Below are positions 23,448 through 35,130 of a stretch of 35,247 bases of DNA, piece by piece (position 1 is the first letter of the stretch; every line of letters starts with the position of its first letter). Where the stretch lies: assembly GCA_002633005.1 (NCBI GenBank), contig NMRA01001007.1, positions 1 to 35,247 on the forward strand. The letters run 5' to 3'. The notes beneath the pieces were generated by a model, which did no database searches, had not been told where the DNA came from, and saw only the letters and a list, made by a program, of their open reading frames with translations. The stretch is from Phoronis australis (Eukaryota > Animalia > Phoronida). A program made the position numbers and the translations under genes.

Positions 23448-23942
23448 CTTTAACCAAAAATTTCAACACAAATGTTGAGCTCAGTACTTTGTTTTACAAT
23501 AAAAATAAGTGGACAATATTTTGATGACCAAGGCGTGGGCCGAAATTGTTAAGCATCCACGGTGTTCCATTTGTCTGCTGCGTTTTTCCTTTGGCTTATA
23601 GGTGTCAGTTAGTGCCTGGGACAAATAGATACATTGCATAAACAATCCCTGAGTTGTTTTTTGTTCCGTCTGAACAAAATTTAATTTCGAAAATATCTTC
23701 TGAAAATGAACAAAAAAGTGCATTAGTAAAATCTACAAGTTTTTAAGTGGTCTCAAAAAAACAGTCGGTAAATGCATTAATTTTAGTCTCAGTTCTTCCA
23801 TGCGTGTTTTTCCCGAGAGGTTAGTACCTAATGTGCAGACGAGCACTCCAAATTGGAACACTAAGTCTCGCGTGGCTTCGCTGCTCATGAAAGAAGATGG
23901 CGGATGACCTTTGGAGCCTGACGACGATAGGTAACTGGACTA
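23448..23942 (-). mobile_element. Third copy (single arm) of the foldback element 16785-17744
   Basis: Inverse of 16785-17282, ending ggacta|ta. Confidence 0.85.
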
Positions 23943-24499
23943 TATAGTCGGTAGTGAGGACAGCATTCGTTACCGAATCGCTTCGCGTATCTGTCACCGT
24001 GTTAAATTTGCTCATTACAATTGGCAAAAAATCACTCAAAATGCAATAAATGTGAATAAAAATTATCATAAAGTATGAAATAATATGTTGTTTTGCTTAT
24101 CTGACAGTCTTTTTGTCACAAAATCCGTTTAATAATAGGAAGGACGTTAAGCTCATTGGCTAAGACGTTCAACACAATCTGCTTCAAAGTCGCCATACTG
24201 GATCGCACAGTGAGCGCTCACAGCTTTTCAGGTGCTGTTCCTTATGTATTCGCGAGTACACGCTAGCAGGCACTCACTCTGTTGAACATGCTTCTGGAGT
24301 AAAAGATGCCGCCACTCCTGACCATACTGCCTCATCTACATGTTGTAATAAGTTTCATGACAAGGTGGTGAGCAGAACTACCCTGTTGGTGTGAAATCTG
24401 GAGGTCTATGTGAAGTTGACATAAAACGGCTCGTAGCTGAATTTTTATTCTAGTCTTAATATAGCTAGCTGGCTGAGTGTAGTCCTTGGAGCCATAACA

Positions 24500-24640
24500 G
24501 TGGAAGGGAAATATAACCAGTATGCAGATGATAGCACGCTAGTTTGTGCCAACATCTTACTAGAAAATGTTAGGAAAAATCAAGAAGCCATGAACTGATT
24601 TGCTGTCAATTATATGGCAGCAAATACAGAAAAATTTACT
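24500..24640 (+). pseudogene. LINE (CR1/L2-group-like) reverse transcriptase fragment
   Basis: QYADDSTLVCAN...EAMN*FAVNYMAANTEKF contains the YADD catalytic motif and the W-F-x-x-N-x-M-x-x-N-x-x-K motif with W changed to stop. Confidence 0.7.
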
Positions 24641-25189
24641 TGGGCAATGATATTTGCAAGAAATATATTGTATTTATGAATGCTTGTCTCATCAGAATTT
24701 TAGATATCAACAAGTAGGCAATTCGCATACGGTACCTTTGACTAGCAATCAGTCAGTTTGAGCAGAACCCACCCTGTTACCCACAGTTCTATTGCCTACA
24801 ATCAACCATCTTTTATTTGACTGCAGTACGTGTGAAATCTGATATCACTACCTGGTCGTTTACCTGATCGACTATTTGGGTAAGCTGACCCACCCCTAAT
24901 TTTATTAAACATTTTGTTTGTAGGCACCCGTATTCAGCATAACACCTACCCCTCCATTGTTAAGCTCCCCAATTTAAGCACCGTGGGTGGTAGTAACCCT
25001 GAAAGATATGGTACATTCAGACAAGCCTTTATAGCAAATAGACAGTGTGTCTCTAAATCCTTAAGGTAACTTTTGAACGTCTTGTGAAGATTTCCTTAAC
25101 AGAAACAGGTTTTCAGTTATTTTTTCTCAACTTGTCTTTTTTTCATCATCAGCAATGATAATGGCTTGATCACATTGTAATCATTATAG

Positions 25190-25362
25190 ATCCCACTTCA
25201 AGGTTAGTGGAGGCAGCTGAGAGGGGTGATGGATGTGGTGTGCGGCGAGTGTTGCGGGACAGTCGTGTGAACCCTGACCATCGGACAGACTTAGTGTCTA
25301 GAAGTGCGCTGCACATTGCCTGTGGTTATGGCCAGGTGGCAGCTGTTGATGAGTTATTGAAG
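25190..25362 (+). CDS. Ankyrin-repeat protein, internal exon
   Basis: tatag|...aag|gtgtgc. Reads (D)PTSRLVEAAERGD...SALHIACGYGQVAAVDELLK. Starts phase 1 and ends phase 0. Confidence 0.85.
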
Positions 25363-27046
25363 GTGTGCTTTCTTTCTTTTTTGGTAGCCAGATGCACTTT
25401 TCTTGCATCCAAAATGCTTTTTTAATTTCTTCTCGTGCAATAGACCTGTCTGGATTGAACTCTCCGTTTTTGCAGATGTAGGAAAATGCATTGCATGATT
25501 GACCTTTTCAAGATGTCAGGCCCTAGCTCTTGATTTGATTAGCAAGGGAAGAATGATGCTTGCCCAGCCAGCACTGATATTTGATTTTTGCCGATTTCTC
25601 GACGTCAGCATTTTAATTCAAAATGCTATAATGCAACCTTACTTAATTACAATCAAATAATGATTATTAGTATAGTGATGAGCACATTTACATTGTGAAG
25701 AAGCATAACACGTGTTTGACACATGTGTTGCATTGTGGGTTAATGCCATAGAATGAGAGTGCTGGGTAGAGTTGGCTAAGGCTAGGACCTCACTAAAAAG
25801 CAAGACTTCGGGACAGTCGTGTGAACCCTGACCATCGTACTAATGTCTTACTTGGTATGAAAAAGGCAAACTTTTTAAAGTATCAGTGGATTAACAAGGA
25901 CATCATGTTTCATACATTTCTCCTTTCCCATTGCTAAGAAATATCCATGCCAAAGCCAGTGGCTGTTGCTGATAAAGCGGAAGAATTTTGATCCCTGGCG
26001 GTGTCAAAAAGCTAAAATAAATTAGTGAACATAAACTAATCAAACAATAGGACGAACTGACTGTGGAATTTATTCCTCTGCTTCTAACTTAATGAGCCAC
26101 TATGTAGTAATTGAATTTCTGTCCACCAGGCCCGTAGCTAGGGGGGGTTTGGAGGGTTCCAATGAACCCCTCCCCCCCGCAGAAAAGGTCCAGTCCCAGC
26201 CTTTCCGTTAAAGCTAGGATATAGATGGAAGTTGGACAACAACAACAACAACAAAGTTGTTGCTGCTACTCGTATCTACTAACTACAATAATAACCTCGT
26301 TAGTAATAAATCTGAATTTTGATTCAAAGTGCTTCACGTAATCATCGGGTCGTACCCGGCCAACTTCACCAGAATGGTGTTTGGCAATGCGTAGATGACA
26401 GGATCGTGTAGACGATTAGAGGAGGCTTTATGTTTAATTCATGGACATTGAACGCACTTGGTAGCTATACCATAGGGTAACAAAAGTCTAGAAGTAAATG
26501 TCTAAGACTAGCTAAACTACATAGCAGCGAGAGAGCTTCCAAAATCCCAATAGTAGTGCAGTGTGAATGCCTTAATTTGACCAAAAACAAAACAGCATGA
26601 AATAGGTTTGTGGTGTACTATTTTGGTATACTTGATAGCATAGTACGATAAAGTGCAGACATTTTCAAATTTCGAATTGAAAGTGATCCCCAAATATTAT
26701 TTTCATCTTGTGTCCACTATGTGGATCGGTGGATTGACATGCCTGCGTGTTTGCATGTGTTCGTTTCCGTTCTTGTAAATTAAGTACATGTCTACGGTTA
26801 AGTTCAGTTTTGGTAGTCCTCCGTCATTGCTCAAAAAACAGACATTTTCATGTAACTACGTGTTTTCTTGCAATGAGAAATCCCCGACAAACATGTTTAC
26901 GTTATTAGGGAAAGGTAGCTCTAGACCTAATAAAACTTTGGTTAATGATTAAAGTCTTCTCTGGTCAATCAGTGTCAATGGTGCTCAGCCTCGCAGACTT
27001 CATACGAGCAACAAACTTCATTGAGAATGTTTCCAAGGTTACATGC

Positions 27047-27112
27047 CACTACTCTGAGGGTTCACTACTCCGAAGGTTCAGTACTCCGTAGGTTCACTAA
27101 CCTTCGAAAGTT
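27047..27112. repeat. 16-bp tandem repeat (cactactccgaaggtt) x4
   Basis: Units start at 27047, 27063, 27079 and 27095. Confidence 0.8.
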
Positions 27113-27403
27113 CCTTTCTTTGAATCTTCACGATTCCAAAACCAAAATTCCGACAGTTCATTACTCTGATTGTCTGCTAATGAGTCCGGACTGGCATGAA
27201 TAAAGCTTTATATTTGTGTCCATTTAGTAACCATTTAAAGGGTGTGCAACAGTTGAATAGTTATTGAAACATTGATTACATTGTTTTCAAATTACTGCCA
27301 ATCGTGATGCTTGAATCTAAGTAACGACTCATTTTGAAGCAGGGACATCTACGGTGCGGGTCAGGGTTGCGGCGTCCAACGGTAGTTTTGAATTTTATAA
27401 GAT

Positions 27404-28123
27404 TGTCACATTTTTCCCCGTGTGTGGGTGGGCGCAGGTTGTTACAGACTGGTGCTAATAGCTTTTGGTGCGACTGAAGACTGGTTCGAGTTAATCCTTT
27501 ATTAATCCCGACCGTAGGTTCACAAGCCTACTCAAACAAACCTCTGACGTAATGTCTGTTCTATGCTCCAGCCAGTGCTGTGAAGCCTTGACTTGTGATG
27601 AACTTCTGAGACACGTTCAGCAACTGTTAAACTTGTTGATTCAATAACCTGCTGTCTCTATAGCTGGCTCTCTATTGACTATCGCTGTAGCTACTGATTC
27701 TCTTCACTGCAACTCAGCTGTAGTTCTCCTGATTGACTTTCTTGAATTGACTGATTAACTGACTAACACAAACCCGTGCTAGTGTATTTATAGCCTAATG
27801 CATTGTTCTGGAACTTTTCATCAATTCAAGTACATTCTAGAACTTTCCTGAATCTACCCAACCATTCTACAAACATGTACTAGTCTCTAGAATATTCCAG
27901 ACTGCATTAATCACTGTCATGCTAGAGTCTTCTAGAATTTTCCACACTATACTGTAGCAAACAAATTACATCATCATTGCTGAACTCAGTCTACTAGAAA
28001 GTTCCATACTATTCTGTAGTAAACAAATTACATCATCACTGTACTTAACTCAGGGGTCATGTCAATCAATCAGAACAAAACAAAACAATACAACTAAAAA
28101 CAGTGTCAGTCTATATGCTGACA
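27404..28123 (-). mobile_element. Solo LTR, 720 bp
   Basis: tgtca...tgaca termini and flanks AAGAT/AAGAC (4 of 5). Minus-strand TATAAATA (27792-27785) is followed by AATAAA (27503-27498). The U3-like part has repeated ttctagaa/ttcca motifs. Confidence 0.75.
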
Positions 28124-29805
28124 AAGACTGAATGAGACTCTCTGACTTTGTGAACAATGGCAGGGACAAGGTAGCCTACTAACTACATTTAGCTTTGATA
28201 AGGCCATGCGCATGATTCCGGCAGGTGAGGTTGAGGCGCAGCGGCCTTTTACCTTTCAGTCACGCTGTGAAATGATGAAACCTTGACATGGATTTGATAA
28301 ATGTATCATGGTTGATAATACATCAATATTGATTTCCTACTTCATTCTCTTTTAGAAATGCAAGTACCTACACTTTTTTCTGTATTCTTAACCAATTTCG
28401 CATGAGCATGAAATCCAAATAAAGTGTTTTATTACCCGGGCGTTGTTTTCGGTATAGGTACAACACTGAATGCATCTCGTGTTTTACAACCGCAATTGTT
28501 CGCCCATAATTACACTCGTGATCACGGCCAACATTTCGCTTGTGTTTTATGAGCGCAATCGTTCACCCGTTATTACGAGCGTACGACCTAGACTTCGATC
28601 ATGTTTTACGACCGACATCGCAATAAGAAATTGGTTTGTAAGGGAGCTCTAAAGAAGTTTTACGCTCGTCTTTTTTGCTCGTAATTTTAGCAAGTATAGC
28701 CATTATATTTAAGTACGAGTCCACGAGACTACCATCCATTAAATTAATATGCAGTTGACATTGTTTTTGTTATGCAAATGATTTGTTATTCAGACAAATG
28801 TCTTGAATAAAGAGTGGGTCATTTACCACCAACATTTAGAAATTCTACTACATAACCCCCTAAAACTGTTTTGTAATGTTGTATGTCATCTGCACGCATT
28901 GTTAAGAGCAATAGAATGAAACTTTGCCTAAATAAATGAAAAAGCATGGTTATTTTAACAAATAACATAAAGGCATTGTCAGACAACCTGCTGGATATAC
29001 ATTTTGGCACTTCAGTATGTACTAAAACCAAACTGATGGTTAGGGCACAAGTAAAAACATTTCAATAAGTCTTTGATATTTTCAGCCTTTTGCACTATGT
29101 ACTTTGCATCTGAGATTTTACTTTACGAGCGAAAAAATATGAGTGTAAAATAACGAGCGCACTACTGTTTCAAAGCTCACGTAACCACGTACTATCTGGG
29201 CCACATTACATCCGAGTCTGAGCTGCGTTATTTGCGAGTAACTGTTACGGCATCCTGATTTCTGGTATTACAAAGTTCGTCTTATCTCAGGAATGTAGAG
29301 CTGAGAGCCCCCTAATTAAGCTGCGTTAAGGTCTTTATCGAGAACTCTACAGTGTCAACGTTTGCAAAATATCAAAGGTCCACCGTTCCAGAAATTTGAA
29401 CCACACCCCGCGCAATGCTGGCTACGGGGCTGGTCGGGAACAATCGGAATCTATTTTATTTTCGTGCTCTAGAGAATGCCCCTATTATTAGTAGACTCTA
29501 AAACCATTTTTGCAGTTGAATCAGTAGTTATATGTGGTTTTCTTTGAGGGGGGAACGGACATTTTTTGATGAAACCTTTTATAAAATTACAGATTCTTGG
29601 TTTTCATGTAGCGTCATTTTTGAAGTCATTTACTTTTCCCGCAGTGTGAATTTTATTGTCTTTGAAACATAAAATGTGATTTTGATGGCCTAGCATCTTG
29701 ATTTTGCATTCACCTCCATTGAACAAGCACGAATGACCAACAGAGACTGTGTTCTATTGCAAGTAGGAGATTAAAGGCGAAGGCAACCTTTTTTCATGTC
29801 ACTTA

Positions 29806-30064
29806 GCAAAAATAAGGTCTGTTGATTATCCCAGACATATTTTTCACTTAATTACAGCTTTTCATAATTTAATTAATTTCTCGTCCTCTACTCCGGAAGT
29901 GACGTTTTGAGAGGCAAGAGTTTCGCGCCAATTTCTTTTCATACAGTCAGACTGTGAGAGCTGTCAAGTCAGTCATTGTTCTACCTCGGATGTGATAAGT
30001 TCGATCGTCATTGTAACTAAGTGAAAAATATGTCTGGGATAATCAACGAACCCTATTTTTGCCT
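29806..30064. mobile_element. Kolobok-like MITE with ~50-bp TIRs
   Basis: 29806-29856 is the inverse of 30012-30062 (gttgattatcccagacatatttttcactta). The right end is gcct|TTAA and the left tip is damaged. Central ccggaagtgacgt motif. Confidence 0.7.
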
Positions 30065-30164
30065 TTAATAAGTGTTTGCTCAATCATGCGGGCCTTTTTT
30101 GGGCCATCCACATCACATTCTATTGCTCCATGGATTACAGAATGCTTGTTATTTGCTGTTTCAG

Positions 30165-30366
30165 GCTGGTGCTGATCCCAACCTAACTAGTGGTACAGGA
30201 CGCACACCAATGCACGAGGCTTGTGGTAGTGGTAATGTTGATGTGGTGGAGATACTGCTGGAGTATACCAAGAACCTTGATGTTCAGGACCATGATGGCC
30301 AGAGTGCAGCACATGTGGCAGCATTCCAAGGGGAAGTTGACTGCCTAGAGCTGATTGCTGATCATG
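30165..30366 (+). CDS. Ankyrin-repeat protein, internal exon
   Basis: tttcag|...catg|gtaggt. Reads AGADPNLTSGTGRTPMHEACGSGNVDVVEILLEYTKNLDVQDHDGQSAAHVAAFQGEVDCLELIADH(G). Phase 0 to 1. Confidence 0.93.
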
Positions 30367-30697
30367 GTAGGTGTAAGGGGAGATGGACTGTCTAGTCTTG
30401 ATCGCTGGTTATGGTAAGTGTAAGGGGAAATGGACTCTCTCGTCTTGACCACTGATCATGGGAGGTGTAAGGGGAGACGGACTCTCTTGTCTTGACCTCT
30501 GATCATGGTAGGGGGAGGTGGACTGTCTAGTCATGACTGCTCATGGTGTAAGGGGAGATGGACTCTGTAGTGTTGACCACTGATCATTGTAGGTGTAAGT
30601 GGGAGGTGGACTGTCTAGTCTTAACCGCTGATTGTGGGAGGTGTATGGGGGAGATGGACTGTCTAGTCTTGATTGCTGATTGTGGTTGGTATAAGGG
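30328..30697 (+). repeat. 47-bp minisatellite (~8 copies) overlapping the exon 3' end and donor site
   Basis: Units start at 30328, 30375, 30422, 30469, about 30510, 30550, 30597 and 30645. Confidence 0.9.
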
Positions 30698-30808
30698 TGG
30701 GCTCATCTATTCATAGCTTGATGATAAACCTGGGATTGTCTATTCATAGCTTACTGATAAATGTGGACTCATTTATGCATGTTTTGGTGATTAATCTGGG
30801 CTCATCTG
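30698..30808 (+). repeat. 33-bp tandem repeat (~3.3 copies)
   Basis: tgggctcatctattcatagcttgatgataaacc units start at 30698, 30731, 30764 and 30797. Confidence 0.85.
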
Positions 30809-31268
30809 TTAGTGCTGGCCTTGTCTACTGTTATCAGGCATTGTGTGGGACCATAGATTATAGACAACAGATTTGCAACTCCGGCATATCCTTACGTGCT
30901 GAGTTGAACTCTCCTGACCTATCTGCTGCAATTTCCGGTCAGTGTATTTTGACGAGAAATACTTGCATCTACTTTACTGTCCAAAACAACAAAAAAAATT
31001 ATTAATTTCTATTAATTTCGGCATTGAAACGCTTTTCAAATCTTTCAATAGTAGAAGTGTTGGTATTGTGAGCACTTTTGGCAATGCTACTGGTAATTAA
31101 TTACAAAATTCAAACTTCGGTGCCGACCCATTATGTCGTTTGCTTGCTCAATAGCAGCATAGTTATCGGACAGTTTTTGATTTATGGTTCACATAGGCCT
31201 ACTGAGAAAACTACGAAAGCATGTTTATAAATCAACATTATCAAGTGAGCAGTTCTTCTGGGAAGTGT

Positions 31269-31335
31269 TGAGTGGCCCTTAAAAGGGCCGTTGGTTGTAG
31301 CTATAACGTGAAATGGTTCTTAAAAGAACCGTTGA
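31269..31335 (-). other. Two tandem histone-mRNA-type 3' stem-loops
   Basis: Minus strand reads caac-GGTTCT-TTTA-AGAACC-a (31330-31315) and ccaac-GGCCCT-TTTA-AGGGCC-actca (31289-31274). Confidence 0.7.
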
Positions 31336-32498
31336 ATAATTCAACATAAATCACACAGTATACCATGCTCACTCAAGTACTGAAGGTCCTCTTCATTCAA
31401 GTTTTCATCTGGGAAGGTTGGATGAAAACAGAGAAGATGGCAATATCGATGACAGTTATATCACCTTATATAAATGTTACCGTTCTCCAACATTATCTCG
31501 AACCCTGCCTTTTTCAGTTCTTGTTCCTGGATTCAGAAGTAGCCCTGAACCATAGGGAAAAAAGACATGGCTACGAAAACGAATCAAATTTCGAAAATCG
31601 TCACCTTCGTGTGCAGTTCCTCCCCAACATCAATGTCGAAAATCAACGTTACAAGTGATGGAAACTTGTGTCCTTTGTTTCTAACTTTTAACCCATTTTT
31701 TAAGAAAGGGGTGTACTGATTTTGTCTAACGTTGATAGACCATAACTTTTGGTTTTTACAATGCATTAATTGTGTTGAATGCATTCATATTAGGTTGCTT
31801 CATTGAGTTGAACAGAAAATAAACTAAATGTAACACAGTAAAGTTTTGAAAATAAATAGAACAGTAAAACAGGACTCCCTAAAAATCGAGCTGTTTTCGA
31901 AAACTTTGCGCCATTGGTGATCTGCCAGTGATTGGTTCATGCATTTATGGTGGGAAAATAATAGACCAAGTATCGTGCACGTGTGCACTGTAGCAACACT
32001 TTGTATCTTATTCTTATTTGGCCAATCTGTTGATACAGTAAATTTTCTTATTTATGCCCATCCTGATTTGACTGCAACTTGAGCTTGTTGGGTTCTATCA
32101 TATATTGGGTTGACATTGGGACCCACATGATGGTTACTCGAATGGGCTTCATTTAACCAAGTATTTCAAATTGAGGTGAAGTAAATAAACAAAGTGGGTA
32201 ATTATCATCACCAGAATTTCATCATTAGTATCTTTTGCCGGGTGCTCAAATTTTCTGATATTAGGGATTGTCAGATTTGTAAGGTGGAAGTGTTTCGCTG
32301 GATTTCCAGGTCTGTGGCGTTATTTATACCAGACCAAAATTAAAAAACAGGCCTTTGTTTAAATCAGGAGCTGCATGATACACATTTATTAGACGTGCGC
32401 AGGCATTGCACTGATCATTTGGAACCATTTTTATGGTTTATTAATATATAGTTAAACCAAGCTGAGGAGCTTGAAACCTGATTCATAGAACAGTGGTA

Positions 32499-32734
32499 TT
32501 TTCTGAAAAATGCTCGTAAGTTGACATCAAAGTTTGATAGCAATTCACTGCAGTTTTATAGAAACTCTGTTCATAGGTTACAGATGCGTCACAGAGCGTA
32601 ACTTTGATGAATTCTAGCTTACGATTTCACCTGTTTCGGAGACCGGGTTTCAACCACTTTTGGGCTATAATAAGCGCCCCCTTCATGAAGCGTATTTTTC
32701 TAAGCACCCTGGCCGCTTATTAAGGCGCATACGG
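32499..32734 (+). mobile_element. Right part of mariner MITE (family of 12395-13590)
   Basis: Aligns with about 13359-13590 and ends gcttattaaggcgcatacgg|TA. Confidence 0.8.
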
Positions 32735-34071
32735 TAATATTTCAGAAGGGCAATACTTAGTATCCTTTATGCACGGGACCCTTTTGTTACATTAGGAGTG
32801 GGATTGGCTCATTATGTACCCTACAGGTGGCATAGGACTTTACAAAACAGGTTGAAGAATTTTGTTTTCGTCATAAACGTTCGTTTGAAAGGCTTAAGTT
32901 TAGAAATGTTAGGACTTAAGGCGGAAATTTAAAAAAACCATATGTCCGTTTACAAAAAATTTAACATTGAAGAATAAAAACAACCTTTACACCCCGCTGG
33001 TGTTCCTGTTCCATATTTTCAAAGAAGTTGGTTGCAATTTCATAGACGGCAGTCGAGAGATTTTGTGCGGCATATATTCAACATGAAATGAGTGTGTAAC
33101 CTGCTGTTGAATTGCAAGATAGATTTTGACTGGTCCGGGTGCTTATTTCTGAAGTATTAATGTAATCTTTATTTATGTTAAAGGTTTTACCAGCGTTCTA
33201 TTTATTTGTACACGAATGTGAATGTGTTGAAATCGCTGATCCAAATCCTGGCCAAATGTGCGCATTCTGCTGAGACCAACCGTCTGATCAGGGCCGGCGA
33301 AGAGTAATTTGGTTAATTCGCACACTAGGCTATAGCTGAACTTCCTCGTAAGGACAGGAGTTTACGAGTCACTTCCTTTGGAAGAAATTTAGCGAATAAT
33401 TTTCGTCAAAAAGTTTACCAGATAGTTTTCATCAAAACGGAGAAAATAAATGGATTTGCGAAGACGGGATTAAGACTAAGTAGTAGAGTCTCTTAAAAAC
33501 CTTCATCTTCTAAGTGTTTTGAACAAATGTATAAAGTCTTATTGCTGAAACAACTGCCATTCACGTTGACACAAGAAGTAAGGTTTTCTTCCCACAGCCG
33601 ATTATGGGGTCTTCAGATGGTATGGAGGCTAATTCCTTTGCATTTCGCGTTTGTGGCCGAACAACCGGCCACACAGTAGCCGACCATGATTAGCAGACGA
33701 CGTACTTGCCGGAAATTGCACCAGATAATTTAGCCAGATGTCGCCAGTGAATAATGACGTAAGGGCTTGTGCGTAAGGTCATAGATTTCGTCCATTGAAA
33801 GTATACAGAGTTGGCGGTCCATGTACTATAGTCTATGGTGGGACTGCTAATTTGACAATGCAAAATCTACTATCACCATGCTGGGGGATGGTGTTAGTTC
33901 TAAAATTTGACCAAAAGTATGATTTTTAAGGTCTGACTTTCAGTAAGCCTACATCGAATTTATTTCTAAAAGCTCTGAACCAAAGGACTTCTTTGGCACA
34001 TTACGTACATAAGTATTCAAGACTTGTGTTTCAAATTTTGCTCTTTTTTTCTAGTCTGTGTGCTATTCCAG

Positions 34072-34236
34072 GTGCCAACATAGTACTTGAAGATAATCAG
34101 GGGAGACAACCAGCTCATTTGGCAGCCATGAGAAATCACCCACGAGTTCTTGAATGTCTCTTTGAAAGAGCTGTTGATCTCGACTGCACAGATGATATTG
34201 GCAAACTTCCTTTACATCTTGCTGCATTTCATGGCG
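34072..34236 (+). CDS. Ankyrin-repeat protein, internal exon (gene continues downstream)
   Basis: ttccag|...ggcg|gtgagt. Reads (G)ANIVLEDNQGRQPAHLAAMRNHPRVLECLFERAVDLDCTDDIGKLPLHLAAFHG. Phase 1 to 1. Confidence 0.93.
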
Positions 34237-35130
34237 GTGAGTAGGTTGCACTCAGACTAATGGAAAATAATCACTTCCTTGTAACATGTCTTCAGTGTAT
34301 AGTATTGTAAAGAATGAAGATATCCCAGGTATTTTTCCCATGAGTGTGTTGACAGATGCATGCTGTGTACTCAGGTAGGTATTTTGCCTTGTCCGGTTTC
34401 TTCCAGAAAACTGGTATTCTCCAGGGTGGACTTCTAGATGAAGGTCTTCATTTTGTAACTGAGTATGATCACTTCCGTTTCTCTGTATAAGGCAAAGAAC
34501 TTGAGGATATTCCAGTAGACACTAGCCACTTACTTGTGTATTTTTAACAAGGTTCCTGTGTGATACTATGTAGGACTCATTCAGTTAATAAAAAGTTAAG
34601 TAGCTCAGTATGGCAATGACTTTTTAAGTGCCCATGTTATCACTGAACACTGGTTGATCAATGATGTCGTAAGGAGTTCCAACCACAATTTTAGAAGGAA
34701 AATGGATGCTGTAATTTTTAAAAACAGCAAGCCAACAATTTTTTTGATAGAGGGTGAGCCCAGGCCTATTACAGACCTGGGTACCATACGCAAAAAATGC
34801 GGATTCGTATGGAAATCAAGCCTCCAGTACGCAAGTACGCGCGACCAGGCAAAAATATGCAAATTCAGCAAATTCAAAATTATTAATTTGCTTGCTTCTC
34901 GCAGATTTGTAGTCTAAACAGACGAGGAAGGAGGTTTTAAAGTTAGAAATTAGAAAAACATATTGTAAAATCATTATTTTAGCCAAAACGTTGAGCTACA
35001 AACTCGCAAAACTTCCTTCGTTTTATTCTCGAAATAGCCTGATAATCAGCGAATCGCGAGGCCTCTTCTATCGCCATGTGTTTCACAGGCCTAATCTATA
35101 AGCAAAGACTATGATTTGTGGATTGCTTAC

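Larger units (their letters stand above)
26127..29432. mobile_element. Possible 3.3-kb TIR element (composite)
   Basis: caggcccgtagc / gctacggggctg (11/12 inverted), with aaaggtcca subterminal motifs near both ends. No TSD, so the two ends may not belong together. Confidence 0.5.
30852..33837. mobile_element. P-element-superfamily-like non-autonomous element, 2986 bp
   Basis: TIR catagattatag / ctatagtctatg (11/12) and a perfect 7-bp TSD GTGGGAC (30845-30851, 33838-33844). CA termini with a 7-bp TSD fit P elements. No transposase ORF recognised. Confidence 0.8.

Noticed and set aside
24150-24373. First coding exon of the ankyrin gene (ATG 24306, donor GTGAGC 24368)
   Set aside because: It ends in phase 2 and creates a stop when joined to 25190, and the phase-1 frame has stops. 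It could still be a non-coding exon.
25130-25189. Upstream acceptor at 25152 with a strong pyrimidine tract
   Set aside because: In-frame TAA at 25159 in the ankyrin frame.
28464-29168. TIR element marked by ttacgagc/gctcgtaa motifs
   Set aside because: The repeated motifs are real and probably transposon-derived, but termini and TSD could not be fixed.
30328-30808. Regularly spaced repeats as a CRISPR array
   Set aside because: The units are contiguous degenerate tandem repeats without unique spacers, in eukaryotic intron context with no cas genes.
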